In this document: piece by piece, positions 1-9,939 of the stretch
Position numbering within the stretch: the stretch's first letter is position 1
Layout: every line of letters starts with the position of its first letter
Source: Promethearchaeota archaeon
GTDB lineage: Archaea; Asgardarchaeota; Lokiarchaeia; Sigyniarchaeales; SOKP01
Assembly (NCBI GenBank): GCA_019058365.1
Contig: JAHPZE010000018.1
Location: 17,801 to 81,800, forward strand
DNA: 64,000 nucleotides
Direction: 5' to 3'
Translations under genes and position numbers: made by a program
Notes under the pieces: model-generated
What the model was told of the DNA's origin: nothing
Database searches by the model: none
The model's input: only the letters and a program-made list of their open reading frames with translations

Positions 1-142
1 GATATATAAATTTTCCTTTAAGACTTTTAATTTTATTTCCTTTAACTATTATCAAACGGTTGTTTCTACTTTTCAAATTATTACCATTAATTTTTTCTAG
101 ATAATATAATATCTTCATCAGTATTATCAGTCTAAGTTTCAT
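1..142 (-). CDS. Hypothetical protein, runs off the window edge
   Basis: ATG at 142 preceded by GGTGA; frame MKLRLIILMKILYYLEK... stays open to position 1; not in the ORF track. Confidence 0.4.
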   Translation of the reverse strand, partial: MKLRLIILMKILYYLEKINGNNLKSRNNRLIIVKGNKIKSLKGKFIY

Positions 143-376
143 ATTTTCACCATTGTAAAAATTTAGTTAAAACTATTATTAATTTATGTTTCTAAACCCT
201 TATATTTAAAGTAAACCAATATTTAGATCATTAGAATAATAGATTTAAAAAAAACAAGCATTAAATATATCACTTTGCAGTTATCTAACTAAATTTTATA
301 GCTTGATTTTTTTCAAGCAGTATAATACTAAATTAATCATTTTTTCCTTTAAATGCCGATGATTAAAGTATGATTT

Positions 377-721
377 ATGAAATTTAAAAAAATACAAGAT
401 ATCGCAAAACTAATCAGATATGTCTGCGATAAAAACTTCATTTCAGCATATGAGATCCATAGAAACATTAAATCGTACTCATACTTTGGTGTTTTAGATA
501 ATTTCAAGAAATGGGTGAATTTAGGAATCTTAGAATCCCAAATTATAATCGACCGAAGAAATTTTGTTAAGCAGAAATTCAGAATCAATAAAAAAGGTAT
601 AAAAATGGTATATAAAATAACTCTTATACTACTGGAAGCATTAATGAAAAGAATTGAAATCATGCCTTTAAATGTTCGACGAACATGGTTAAAAAATCTT
701 TTGAGTGTTTTTAACAATTAG
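377..721 (+). CDS. Small basic protein, possibly winged-helix DNA-binding
   Basis: 114 aa ORF; KWVNLGILES...KFRINKKG resembles a wHTH wing; divergent from the ORF at 1-142. Confidence 0.45.
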   Translation: MKFKKIQDIAKLIRYVCDKNFISAYEIHRNIKSYSYFGVLDNFKKWVNLGILESQIIIDRRNFVKQKFRINKKGIKMVYKITLILLEALMKRIEIMPLNVRRTWLKNLLSVFNN

Positions 722-938
722 TAAGTTATTGTGAATATAATATTCTAGATTTCTCTGGATGGCACGGAGGAGGTTGGAAAATATGTTATTGCTTAGATTC
801 AGGTAGTTCCATTGGTTCACGATCTATTTCTTTTAGCTCCCCCATAAGAACTACTTCGGTTCATTCGGAAGATCATCAGAGATTATAATTAAAAAAAAAA
901 TAAGTTTTGAAGTTTAAATTATTCAAGTAATTATCAGA

Positions 939-1265
939 CTATTCAGGCATCTTTATACCAATCATGTCTAAGGCTTCTGGCACTTTAAATCAAACATCCA
1001 TCTGGTACCTATATCCTTCAACATCATGATAATTTGTCAATGTTTTTTGTTCTATAGCTAAAAATTCTTCTAATTTTCCTTCTTTTATGTCCCAGACACC
1101 GATGACTTCTATACCCACCGTAGTCGCTTATATCGCATTTGGTATTATCTCTTTTCCCTTGTCTCTTAATTGGGACCGAAGATCCTTAAGAGTTTTAACA
1201 TATATCTCCGCCAATTTCTTTGATGCATGAGGCGGAAATATCGATGTAACAAACACATATGGCAC
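939..1265 (-). pseudogene. Pseudogene of a ~108 aa archaeal hypothetical protein
   Basis: Manual translation from GTG 1265: VPYVFVTSIFPPHASKKLAEIY...NAI*ATTVGIEVIGVWDIKEGKLEEF...MDV*FKVPEALDMIGIKMPE*; in-frame stops TAA (1128-1130) and TGA (990-992). Confidence 0.65.
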
Positions 1266-1441
1266 ATGGATCACCCTTTTTTGATTCTACATAAAACCGA
1301 AGTTTATGCAATCTTCGAATTACTTTGGTGCTATATAAACCTTCACCTTTTTGTCATAGACAATTTGATTACGGTTTGTCGGCTTATGTAGATATTAATA
1401 AAGAGAGTATTGAAGATATCTATCAAAAAAATGGATTGATT

Positions 1442-2644
1442 TCAATTATCTACAGCCCTTAAAAGATTTATCAGATCATTATAACTAAAGATAACTATCC
1501 TATCACTATAAACTCGTAAGGTTAGATCAATATCTTCTCTTTTAAAATTATCATAATTCCCAACAATTCCTATTAATAATGGATTTTTTACTTTCACTTT
1601 ATATTGTTCATACACCCATTGAGTATTTACTCTGTTATCAAAATAACGATCATAAGTATTGAGTTGTCCAATTAATTCACTAACATACTTATTAAATCTA
1701 GGTCTTTTTTTTCCGCCAATAACTAGATTTTCATAATGTAAAGCTGATCTCTTTAAATCCAGAATATCAAAATAACCATCATCTCTCTCCATTAAATAAT
1801 CGGGAATACTTTCATCTGGATCATCAGAGTATTGCTTCTCAATCCATTTTAGATTTTTCTGGCTTAGGCATTTCTTATATCCTAATGCTTTACTGAAGAA
1901 ATTAGCATGATTTTGAATAAAACTATCTAAAAGAGGTTCAGTAACGTTTTGATCAGTCAAGCTTAATAACTGTTTTGCAAATAAATCAACAGAAGAAGAG
2001 TGACCAATATTTAAACCAAAGATGTCTAGACTTGGAGGTGAATAATATTTCTCACAAACTGATTGGAGCCAATGACGTAGATTTTTCTCTGTTATTGATT
2101 TCTTAACTATTATTGCTGTTGAAATATACTTAAAATAAATTCGAAAGAGATCAGTTCGTATGAAATTTAGCTTTCTGAAATATGCAGATTGAATATCAGG
2201 AAGTATATTTATAATATTATCAACACTTTCACCTATTAATATTGTTCTTGAAAGAGGGAAGTTTACCTTTTTTGAAAAAAGTTCCTCATCAAAATCAGTA
2301 CAAATAGTTAGTGTTGATAATCCAAAATTCTTTGCCTTTTTAACATCAAATACAGGTTTTTTTTTTTCTTCAATCTTAATCCCAGGATTTATAAAATATA
2401 TTGTATTATCAAATTTTTCTCTAGAATCTCTCAAATCTAAATTTATTTCGTCTTCATTTTTGATCTCTGTAGCCCCTAGAAGTTCTGCCATAAAATGATG
2501 AGGACTTTCACCAACTCTAATAAAGTTTGGAAAGGAATAATTTCCTTTAATTAAAATTTCTTTGTTCTTAATCTTTAAATATATCTTCACAAGATATTCA
2601 TTAAAGAAATCCTGAATAATTTTTCCAAATAATTTATAGTCCAT
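1442..2644 (-). CDS. Shedu-like (DUF4263/SduA-type) PD-(D/E)XK nuclease with unknown N-terminal domain
   Basis: C-terminal IPDYLMERDDGYFDILDLKR...LIGQLNTYDRYF...LIGIVG...FSYNDL; ORF track starts at 2677, ATG 2644 overlapping the upstream stop is more likely. Confidence 0.7.
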   Translation of the reverse strand: MDYKLFGKIIQDFFNEYLVKIYLKIKNKEILIKGNYSFPNFIRVGESPHHFMAELLGATEIKNEDEINLDLRDSREKFDNTIYFINPGIKIEEKKKPVFDVKKAKNFGLSTLTICTDFDEELFSKKVNFPLSRTILIGESVDNIINILPDIQSAYFRKLNFIRTDLFRIYFKYISTAIIVKKSITEKNLRHWLQSVCEKYYSPPSLDIFGLNIGHSSSVDLFAKQLLSLTDQNVTEPLLDSFIQNHANFFSKALGYKKCLSQKNLKWIEKQYSDDPDESIPDYLMERDDGYFDILDLKRSALHYENLVIGGKKRPRFNKYVSELIGQLNTYDRYFDNRVNTQWVYEQYKVKVKNPLLIGIVGNYDNFKREDIDLTLRVYSDRIVIFSYNDLINLLRAVDN

Positions 2645-3200
2645 GTGATTTTTTGATCTCTTTAAAATATGTTTCAAATAATTTGTATAATTTGTTAAAG
2701 AATGGTTTCGCTTCTTCTGCTTTTATCCTATCCACTTTCAGATGCTCATGAACGATTTGATTCCTAATTATTCTCCACTCATTCAACTCTCCTAATATAC
2801 CTGAAAAAATATTCAAATTCTCTTCTATCTCTTTTATGATTTCACTTAGATTTATCTGATCATCAAATTTAATTTCTTTATTTAATATGTCTTGATAAAA
2901 GGATCTATAGAAGATTTCTGCTCCTTTATATTTGAGCATGATAAAGTCACTGTAACGTCCATCATCAAAAGCTCTTTGAGCATCCCTATTAACTTCATAA
3001 ATTGTAGCCATAAAAGGTGGCAGATTCTGGGTTCCTATTTTAACACCATCAATGATTTTATTGAATATTTCTGAAACCCCTTGTACTATCTCTGATGGAC
3101 TTATTTTTGTGCCACCTTTATCTAGGGGTGGTATGACTTTAGATATATTCCGAAAAAATCCAAAAACCTTATTGATTACCTCCTCTTCTTTTGAGTTCAT
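2634..3200 (-). CDS. HEPN-domain protein (putative RNase)
   Basis: Helical protein with WRIIRNQIVHE (R-x4-H) motif near the C-terminus. Confidence 0.6.
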   Translation of the reverse strand: MNSKEEEVINKVFGFFRNISKVIPPLDKGGTKISPSEIVQGVSEIFNKIIDGVKIGTQNLPPFMATIYEVNRDAQRAFDDGRYSDFIMLKYKGAEIFYRSFYQDILNKEIKFDDQINLSEIIKEIEENLNIFSGILGELNEWRIIRNQIVHEHLKVDRIKAEEAKPFFNKLYKLFETYFKEIKKSHGL

Positions 3201-3262
3201 ATTTCTCCCTCAATTAATAAATAATATCAAATTGAAACTTAAGAAATTTATTAATTACTCTA

Positions 3263-4048
3263 TTAAATAGTTGGATATATCTTTGTCCATTTATTTTGTT
3301 GCATAAGAATAACCGAATTATTCATTAGTTTTATTACTTTTTTTCTATTTACTCCTTTTAATATTGGATGTTTATCTACACTATCATAGATTTGCATTCC
3401 TTTTTTCAAGAAATCAATTCCCAATAGAAAAAAATTTTTCATACCTTTATCGAGAGCGTTAATATGTCTATTACCAAAAATCTTATAAGTCATAGCTTCA
3501 AGCTGATAAGATTTAAATGGTTTTTTATTAATGGCATTCCATTTTTTTAAAAGTCTAATTAGTTTTGTAGCACGACCATCATTTCTCTGATTTAGATCAC
3601 TTAATTTTTTTTCATCTAACTCTGGATTTATAATGATAATTTTTTGATTTTCAGGTATTTTGTAATATCCTTTTTCTAAGTTAATAGCAGCTAAGCAGTC
3701 TAATTCGATGTCATTGTTAAAAATTCCTGGAATTGCATGAAAGTAAGGTGGCTTACGAGCAATTTTGAAGGGTTTATAAGATTTTTCTAACTCTATTAAT
3801 CTATTTTTAAAATAATTTAATAAATTATTTTCTTGATAATGCCCAATAAAATATACATCTACATCAAAATAATTTTTAATACTAGTATATCGTTTGAATC
3901 CTCCACAAAAACGATAATTATAACAATCTGGTACATGTTCTCTAAACTTTTCGAATATTTTTCTAACTGCATTTTTAATATGTTTCTGTTTTTGAGGTGA
4001 AATTTGAATTTTACTAACAATTTGTTCTAAAAACTCATTAGGTTTCAT
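3263..4048 (-). CDS. SMODS/CD-NTase-like nucleotidyltransferase
   Basis: FCGGFKRYTSIKNYFDVDVYF (G[GS]..R.T....DxD), third acidic residue in LDCLAA, C-lobe KLIRLLKKWN...FKSYQLE; ATG 4048 has a GAGG RBS (ORF track extends to 4093). Confidence 0.8.
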   Translation of the reverse strand: MKPNEFLEQIVSKIQISPQKQKHIKNAVRKIFEKFREHVPDCYNYRFCGGFKRYTSIKNYFDVDVYFIGHYQENNLLNYFKNRLIELEKSYKPFKIARKPPYFHAIPGIFNNDIELDCLAAINLEKGYYKIPENQKIIIINPELDEKKLSDLNQRNDGRATKLIRLLKKWNAINKKPFKSYQLEAMTYKIFGNRHINALDKGMKNFFLLGIDFLKKGMQIYDSVDKHPILKGVNRKKVIKLMNNSVILMQQNKWTKIYPTI

Positions 4049-4067
4049 TATATTCCTCTTATTTATT

Positions 4068-4790
4068 TTATTTGAATGGTTGAATTTTAACATCGATTTT
4101 CATATTTGACATTGAAAATAACTCATTATTGCCCTTTTTATTTATCCCTAAATACACACATGGTAAATAATATTTATTTGCCATCTCGAGTAATTTAAAC
4201 GAAAATAATTTACTTAAGGGTGTTAAATCTATAATTATATCTGCATTTTTCATCTTATCACTCAAAATACTTTCAACTTTATGAAAGAATTCTGATTCGA
4301 TATGACGATAATCTTCATATGGAAATTTAATAAAAGAATCGATTTTTATCAAACTTTCTTGTTTTTGATGTTCCTTCCTCTTTTTCAACGCATCTGGACT
4401 TGTAAAGCACACTATCCGAGAGACTGGATAATATTTTTCTTTTAATATTTGAAATATTATATCCGGAAGTTTATAACCTGTCCCAAGAGTTCCGAAACCA
4501 GTTATTAATGTATAATCCTTGACTTTAAATCCAAGAATCTTGCGAACATGTTGACGAGCAGAAGGATCTAACGAAATTCTATTAATTCTCGCATTCCCTA
4601 TTTTTTGAACCATTATTTTTCGAATTAGATTATACTTCTCCATCCTGGTTAGGTGATAATGTAAATTTGAACCTGTTGTATTCAGTGCTTTTTGTAATTC
4701 ATGTTGTAAATATTCTTTTTCAAACAATAATTTGAGAATTTGTATCTGATTCTCTGAGAAATCATCAGTATTTAGTCCAAAAATCATCAA
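4068..4790 (-). CDS. wHTH (ArsR-like) transcription regulator fused to a C-terminal CARF-like domain
   Basis: N-terminal LQHELQKALNTTGSNLHYHLTRMEKYNLI; C-terminal TLITGFG...RIVCFTS...IIIDLTPLSKLFS...PCVYL matches the CARF Rossmann motifs. Confidence 0.65.
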   Translation of the reverse strand: MMIFGLNTDDFSENQIQILKLLFEKEYLQHELQKALNTTGSNLHYHLTRMEKYNLIRKIMVQKIGNARINRISLDPSARQHVRKILGFKVKDYTLITGFGTLGTGYKLPDIIFQILKEKYYPVSRIVCFTSPDALKKRKEHQKQESLIKIDSFIKFPYEDYRHIESEFFHKVESILSDKMKNADIIIDLTPLSKLFSFKLLEMANKYYLPCVYLGINKKGNNELFSMSNMKIDVKIQPFK

Positions 4791-4938
4791 AATATGTATT
4801 TTTTCTTAGGTTAAAATATTTTCTTTAACAGCGATTAGATGATTTAGTTAACAACGATTAAAGATTTATTTTTAAAGGTCCAAAAAAACCTATTACTTAA
4901 CAAAATTAAATATAAATTCTAAAAATGAGGTAAAAAGA

Positions 4939-5061
4939 ATGGCAAAAAATAAAATGACACCAAAAGCTGCTCGTAGAATCCAATCACATGCAGATAAAAC
5001 TAGTAGGAATCAAGACTTTAAAGCAAGAGCTCAAAGAGCTGCTTCTAAGGGTAAAAAGTAA
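4939..5061 (+). CDS. 40 aa small basic protein, SMP/seed-maturation (LEA-like) type
   Basis: MAKNKMTPKAARRIQSHADKTSRNQDFKARAQRAASKGKK; GAGGT RBS at 4927-4931; below the ORF-track cutoff. Confidence 0.75.
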   Translation: MAKNKMTPKAARRIQSHADKTSRNQDFKARAQRAASKGKK

Positions 5062-5172
5062 AACAAAAAATTCAAACATAAATGTAAAATCTTAAATTAA
5101 CCATCATCCTTTTTTTATTAATCTTTTAAAAAGACTTATTAGAATTAAATAAAGATTACATGGCGAAATTTT

Positions 5173-6096
5173 ATGAATAAGAATGATTATCCTTTAAAGC
5201 AAAAAATTAAATGTCCTATATGTAATTCAGAATTCATCCCAGAGTCTTTTAATGTTGAGAAATTGGATATTGATCAGTCATTGAATTTAGGTGAAATTTA
5301 TCGATCTGATGAAACTGACTCAAAATCAAAAATTAAACCTCTAACTATAATGCGTAGAGCATGGGTCACTTATTGTCTTGATTGTAATCATGCTATTAGG
5401 TTTGCTGCCGAAATTTTAAGAAAGGAAATTGTAGAAAAACCGTCAAACAGTCCCAATAGTGGTGAATTTAAAGAATCTAGTAATACTTATAAATATAATA
5501 TATATACATTCAAAAAGCCCTTTATGGAATTAATTGACTACAGGATAGGAGTAATGGATCGTATAAAGAACGATATCAAAACGACTTTGGATGAATTGAG
5601 AATCTCTGAATGGGGTGCAAAGTATAATGCTTGGAAAAATGAAAAAACTATCGATTCCTTTAAATTTTTTACACAATTCATTTCAAACTTAGATAACCAT
5701 TACAAATCAATTTTTAAAAATGATATAAATAAAGACATGCCCGAGAAAATTAGAGAACTTAACCTCCCAAAAGATCTAGAAAACCTATTGTTAGAAGTTA
5801 ATAGGATTAGAAATAAAATGATTCATAACGATTATGAATTAAAAGAAAGCGATGAAATAGTTATTGATGATGCTTACTTTAATTTGATGTTTTATCTTAT
5901 TTCAAAAGCATTAATCGCCTTAAATCTAACTAGCCATACAGATGAAAGTAATGCTAGCTTTATTGATATTGATTACCTTTCTAATGAGCTTAGGACTTTT
6001 TTACATATTCATTTAGGTGAAAGCCTGGGATTGAAAAAATTTTATGATCCATTTTTGATACCATTACTGAAATTGCTGAAAATACCCATTAATTAA
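5173..6096 (+). CDS. Zn-ribbon + HEPN-like domain protein
   Basis: CPIC...CLDC pair at the N-terminus; NRIRNKMIHND (R-x4-H) in the C-terminal helical domain. Confidence 0.55.
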   Translation: MNKNDYPLKQKIKCPICNSEFIPESFNVEKLDIDQSLNLGEIYRSDETDSKSKIKPLTIMRRAWVTYCLDCNHAIRFAAEILRKEIVEKPSNSPNSGEFKESSNTYKYNIYTFKKPFMELIDYRIGVMDRIKNDIKTTLDELRISEWGAKYNAWKNEKTIDSFKFFTQFISNLDNHYKSIFKNDINKDMPEKIRELNLPKDLENLLLEVNRIRNKMIHNDYELKESDEIVIDDAYFNLMFYLISKALIALNLTSHTDESNASFIDIDYLSNELRTFLHIHLGESLGLKKFYDPFLIPLLKLLKIPIN

Positions 6097-6124
6097 TCAA
6101 GAAATTGTGAAAAATAAACTGTTT

Positions 6125-6430
6125 TATATCATTCTTTCTTAATTAATAAAATGTGAAAGAATTAACAGCAAGAGAAGACCAATGGTTAGAAGCATTTGCT
6201 AAAAATCATGAATTTTTCGCTTCCTTCCTGCTCCATCACAAATTAAAACATCATTTATCTAATAATCAATATTATTGGCTGTGTCTCTATATCAATCAAG
6301 CAGAGGAGAATGGTGATACTCTACTAACTACTGAAGAAATAACATTTCTGGAAAAAGAATCTGAAACCAATGAAAGTGTGAGAGAATTATTGGAATTGTA
6401 TAAAGATAAAGGATATGTAGAAAATTTGAA
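6125..6430 (+). repeat. Diverged direct repeat, copy 1 (upstream region + 5' end of LRR gene)
   Basis: Aligns with 12667-12972, including the identical run aaaaatcatgaatttttcgcttccttcctgctccatcacaaattaaaacat. Confidence 0.9.
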
Positions 6431-7202
6431 GTATCAAGAATTATTAATGTTGAAAGCTAAGATTATGGGAGAAACGGAAGAAGTCAATCAAAAAGTAAGT
6501 AATTTTAAGCATAAAATTGTAAAAGTACTTTGTCCTCATTGCAATTCTCTTTGTTCACCCAAAATTTCGTATTGTTCTAAGTGCGGTGAACCTTTACCTA
6601 AATTAGTTGATTCTAATGAGTATAGTGAGGTTTCAGATGTAATTGATGTGGATTATACCGAAAGGAATATAATTTTTGCCCTTGAAAAATTAATCGATAA
6701 ATCTCTACCCCTACAAGAGAAATTTGACACTAATTCAACTTGCTACGTTAAAGAAGGGGATGATATTACTGGTTTGAGTATCTTCAATTGTGGATTAAGT
6801 GCCTTTCCAAGCGAGATTCTAAGGATTAAATCACTTAAACATTTAGCACTTAGAAGAAATAAAATCAATGATTTACCAAAAAATATTGGATTTCTTTCCA
6901 ACCTTGAATTACTGGATTTGCGTATAAATAAACTCGAGAGGTTGCCAACCGCAATAGGACTCCTTTATAAATTGAAAAATTTAAACCTCAGCTCGAACAA
7001 TTTGACGATGATTCCAGATTCAATCGGAGACATACTGATGCTGAAAAAGCTCAACTTGAGTAATAATAAGTTAAAAAGCATACCTAAGTGTATTGAAAAT
7101 TTAAACTGCCTTGAAACCTTAAATTTAAAGGCAAATTACTGGATTAACATTCCCGAGAGTGTAGAAAAGTTAAAAGACCAGAGGCTCCAAATTATCCTAT
7201 AA
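6153..7202 (+). CDS. Double Zn-ribbon + leucine-rich-repeat protein
   Basis: CPHCNSLC...CSKCGEPL followed by ~5 LxxLxLxxNxLxxLP repeats. Confidence 0.9.
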   Translation: MKELTAREDQWLEAFAKNHEFFASFLLHHKLKHHLSNNQYYWLCLYINQAEENGDTLLTTEEITFLEKESETNESVRELLELYKDKGYVENLKYQELLMLKAKIMGETEEVNQKVSNFKHKIVKVLCPHCNSLCSPKISYCSKCGEPLPKLVDSNEYSEVSDVIDVDYTERNIIFALEKLIDKSLPLQEKFDTNSTCYVKEGDDITGLSIFNCGLSAFPSEILRIKSLKHLALRRNKINDLPKNIGFLSNLELLDLRINKLERLPTAIGLLYKLKNLNLSSNNLTMIPDSIGDILMLKKLNLSNNKLKSIPKCIENLNCLETLNLKANYWINIPESVEKLKDQRLQIIL

Positions 7203-7259
7203 GAGTCTCAATCCCTTCATTTGAAAAAGACTTAAATATTAAAAATCTTACCTAATTTT

Positions 7260-8429
7260 GTGAATGAGACAGAAGTTGTTTCTATAATTTGTGAACATCT
7301 ACAAAAAGAAAATTGGCAACTCTGGATTGATGATCATCCTATTCATAAAGATTTGCAATATAAAAAACATTGTTTATTGATTGGTGGAGCTCGTCCTGAT
7401 ATTTTTGGATTAAATAATGTTAAGCAAGTCTTCGCTGTAGAAGTAAAAGGTTTAAAAGACTATAAAAAAGCAATAGGGCAAGCTCTTATTTATAAATCTG
7501 GAGTAAATGTTTCTTATATAGGTGGATTGAATGACTTATTGAACAACATTTCTAATGTTGCATTATCCTCAGGTCTAGGATTAATTTCAGTAAACGAATC
7601 AAATTTTGACGTGGAAGTTATTAACCCCATCTATAACATATCTCCGATTTATTTAGATGATATCAAAAATGAGTTAAAGGTACTCCAAAATCAAAAAAAG
7701 AAAAATAGAAGTTTCTCCTCATTTGGAAGAACCCATATAATTAATTATTTTGCTCCAATTTTTTTATTTCAAGATAGATTCGCTAAAAAAAAAGAAGAAT
7801 TAATAGCTGATTTTGAAAGAGTTAATTGGGCAAATAAAGCTTATCCCGAGTTAATAAACGGAGCAAATACGATAGGATTATTAGATATATGTGATGATGG
7901 TTATAATATATCAAAAATCGGTCGATTTTGCTTGGAACATTTTACATCAATCAATATCGACTCAATCGATAAATTATCAGAAACTTTAAATCAAACTAAG
8001 AGAAATAAGTCTGTATATTCAGAGTTCCCCTCTCTCGCTAAATTTCTACAGTTGATTTATTTTCAAAATCCTGACTTTAAACAATTCATCTCAATTCTTC
8101 AAAACATAAAGGATAAAGAGATAAATTCAAAAATGATTATCGATAAGTTAATTCTTGATTATCCGAACCTTTTTTTGAATTTCTTTATTAAACCTACTGC
8201 TAAAGACCAAGTAGTTTCAATATTTTTATCTGGAGATAAAGAACAATTGATGGAGGATTATAATAAAATGATATCAGATTTTGGGCACTATAATTTCTTT
8301 TTTGCATTTAAGCGACATTTAGTGCATCTGGGTATTTTGAGCCAAGAAAATACAACCTTTTATAAAAAATCTAGTGAATTAAATGTCGAAAATGATATTT
8401 GGATTTTAGGAGATGATATTTTAATTTAA
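7260..8429 (+). CDS. PD-(D/E)XK restriction-like endonuclease with C-terminal helical/wHTH region
   Basis: RPDIFG...FAVEVKG...KKAIGQALIY motif. Confidence 0.7.
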   Translation: MNETEVVSIICEHLQKENWQLWIDDHPIHKDLQYKKHCLLIGGARPDIFGLNNVKQVFAVEVKGLKDYKKAIGQALIYKSGVNVSYIGGLNDLLNNISNVALSSGLGLISVNESNFDVEVINPIYNISPIYLDDIKNELKVLQNQKKKNRSFSSFGRTHIINYFAPIFLFQDRFAKKKEELIADFERVNWANKAYPELINGANTIGLLDICDDGYNISKIGRFCLEHFTSINIDSIDKLSETLNQTKRNKSVYSEFPSLAKFLQLIYFQNPDFKQFISILQNIKDKEINSKMIIDKLILDYPNLFLNFFIKPTAKDQVVSIFLSGDKEQLMEDYNKMISDFGHYNFFFAFKRHLVHLGILSQENTTFYKKSSELNVENDIWILGDDILI

Positions 8430-8440
8430 TTATTATGATT

Positions 8441-9691
8441 TTATTCGCTATTTTCTGATAAAAAGTTGAAAATGCGACCAGGAATTATCTCAAGGATTTT
8501 TTGCCTTTCACTTTTGAGAAAATTAATAATTTCTTCCTCAATTAATTCATTTTCCCGCGTTAAAATATCCAAATCCTTATTTTTATGTAAATTAAAATAG
8601 AAGTATTTCAAATCATTATTAATTAATGGATGCTCTTTATTTATTAGGCATAATTTAATGTGGGATCTGATATTTTCCTCCAACGATTCAGTCCATTCAG
8701 GAATATTATTTGATTTCTTGATATTTATTGTTGGATCGGAAGGATATAAATTCCAAAATCGATTAATTGGATAAAATGACCAAGGTAAAAAGTGGTCAAT
8801 ATGAAAAGCTTCTTCTGGCTCAAATATTGTTCCTGAATAAATGCATTTTCTTGAATCGATTTCTTCATAAAAGTCTCGATAATGGGATATTAGCAATGGA
8901 TCACGGGCTAAATCACTTGTATAGATATATCCTAAAAGTTTATATAATAATATTTCAAAATTAGAAGAGTCTCTCCTCCTGCTTTCTCCTTCAAGAGAAT
9001 AGTTAAACCATGACCTTAAAATGACATCTCTAGCCCAAAAACGATATCGTGCTAATTCCTGATATGTCATATCGTCTATTATTAAGGAAGTATTATCAAA
9101 TTGAAGCAATTCTGCCCATGTCATTGAACTGGGGTGTTTCTGCTTTATAGCTTGTGACCGATGCTCATCATATGAAGATTTAAATGGTATTTCACTATTT
9201 AACATACCAAAAAATCTTATTATCTCACCATTGACATTATGTAAATAATTTAAAGGCTGTAATAGTATCCTTTCTCTCACATTCCATAATAAATCTAATA
9301 AACTTTCTGGTAATAAATCCGGAAGCTCATACAACCGATTTATCCAAAAAATTCCGCTCTCGTCTAAAGTTAAGATTTTATGAAGAATTTTTTCTTGGAT
9401 GCCTTTTTCTGATGGCAATTTAAGCTTAAAGTCTTCAATATAGTTCAATACTCTCAAGGTTTTATCAGCTGCTAAGGAACCTTGGTAAAAATCATGAAAA
9501 GAAAACGGATAATAATAGGAAATGAATTGATGAGATAAATAGACAATTGGAATGAAATGTAGATTGTTTATCGGTTGCTCTGAAGGGTGTTCAGTAATAA
9601 AATCAAATATTCCGAGCAGTGTAGCATACTTATATGATGTTGTTTTCCGTCCGTATTCTAAAATGTTATTAATATCGCGAATTAACGTCAT
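8441..9691 (-). CDS. HNH endonuclease domain protein
   Basis: N-terminal KTTSYKYATL; C-terminal CIYSG...HIDHFLPWS...WNL...IN..KS. Confidence 0.8.
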   Translation of the reverse strand: MTLIRDINNILEYGRKTTSYKYATLLGIFDFITEHPSEQPINNLHFIPIVYLSHQFISYYYPFSFHDFYQGSLAADKTLRVLNYIEDFKLKLPSEKGIQEKILHKILTLDESGIFWINRLYELPDLLPESLLDLLWNVRERILLQPLNYLHNVNGEIIRFFGMLNSEIPFKSSYDEHRSQAIKQKHPSSMTWAELLQFDNTSLIIDDMTYQELARYRFWARDVILRSWFNYSLEGESRRRDSSNFEILLYKLLGYIYTSDLARDPLLISHYRDFYEEIDSRKCIYSGTIFEPEEAFHIDHFLPWSFYPINRFWNLYPSDPTINIKKSNNIPEWTESLEENIRSHIKLCLINKEHPLINNDLKYFYFNLHKNKDLDILTRENELIEEEIINFLKSERQKILEIIPGRIFNFLSENSE

Positions 9692-9939
9692 GATTATTAA
9701 TAGAATTACTTTTCATACAAATAAATTTTTATGGAGAAATCTCCCTATGTACAACAGGAACTTGTCTTTATTAAGTTTTACATAAAATTAAGATTGAATC
9801 TAATTTTAAAATAAAAGAAAAGAAAATTGATAATTAATTATTAATATCTGAGTCCCAAAATATCATAATGAATTTTTATAAATCATATTATTTACTTTAA
9901 TTAACAATCTCAAAGTGATATAATCAGAGGAAATTAATA

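Noticed and set aside
740-805. Fragment LDGTEEVGKYVI resembling a metallo-beta-lactamase/beta-CASP N-terminus
   Set aside because: Only about 15 codons bounded by stops; cannot be supported.
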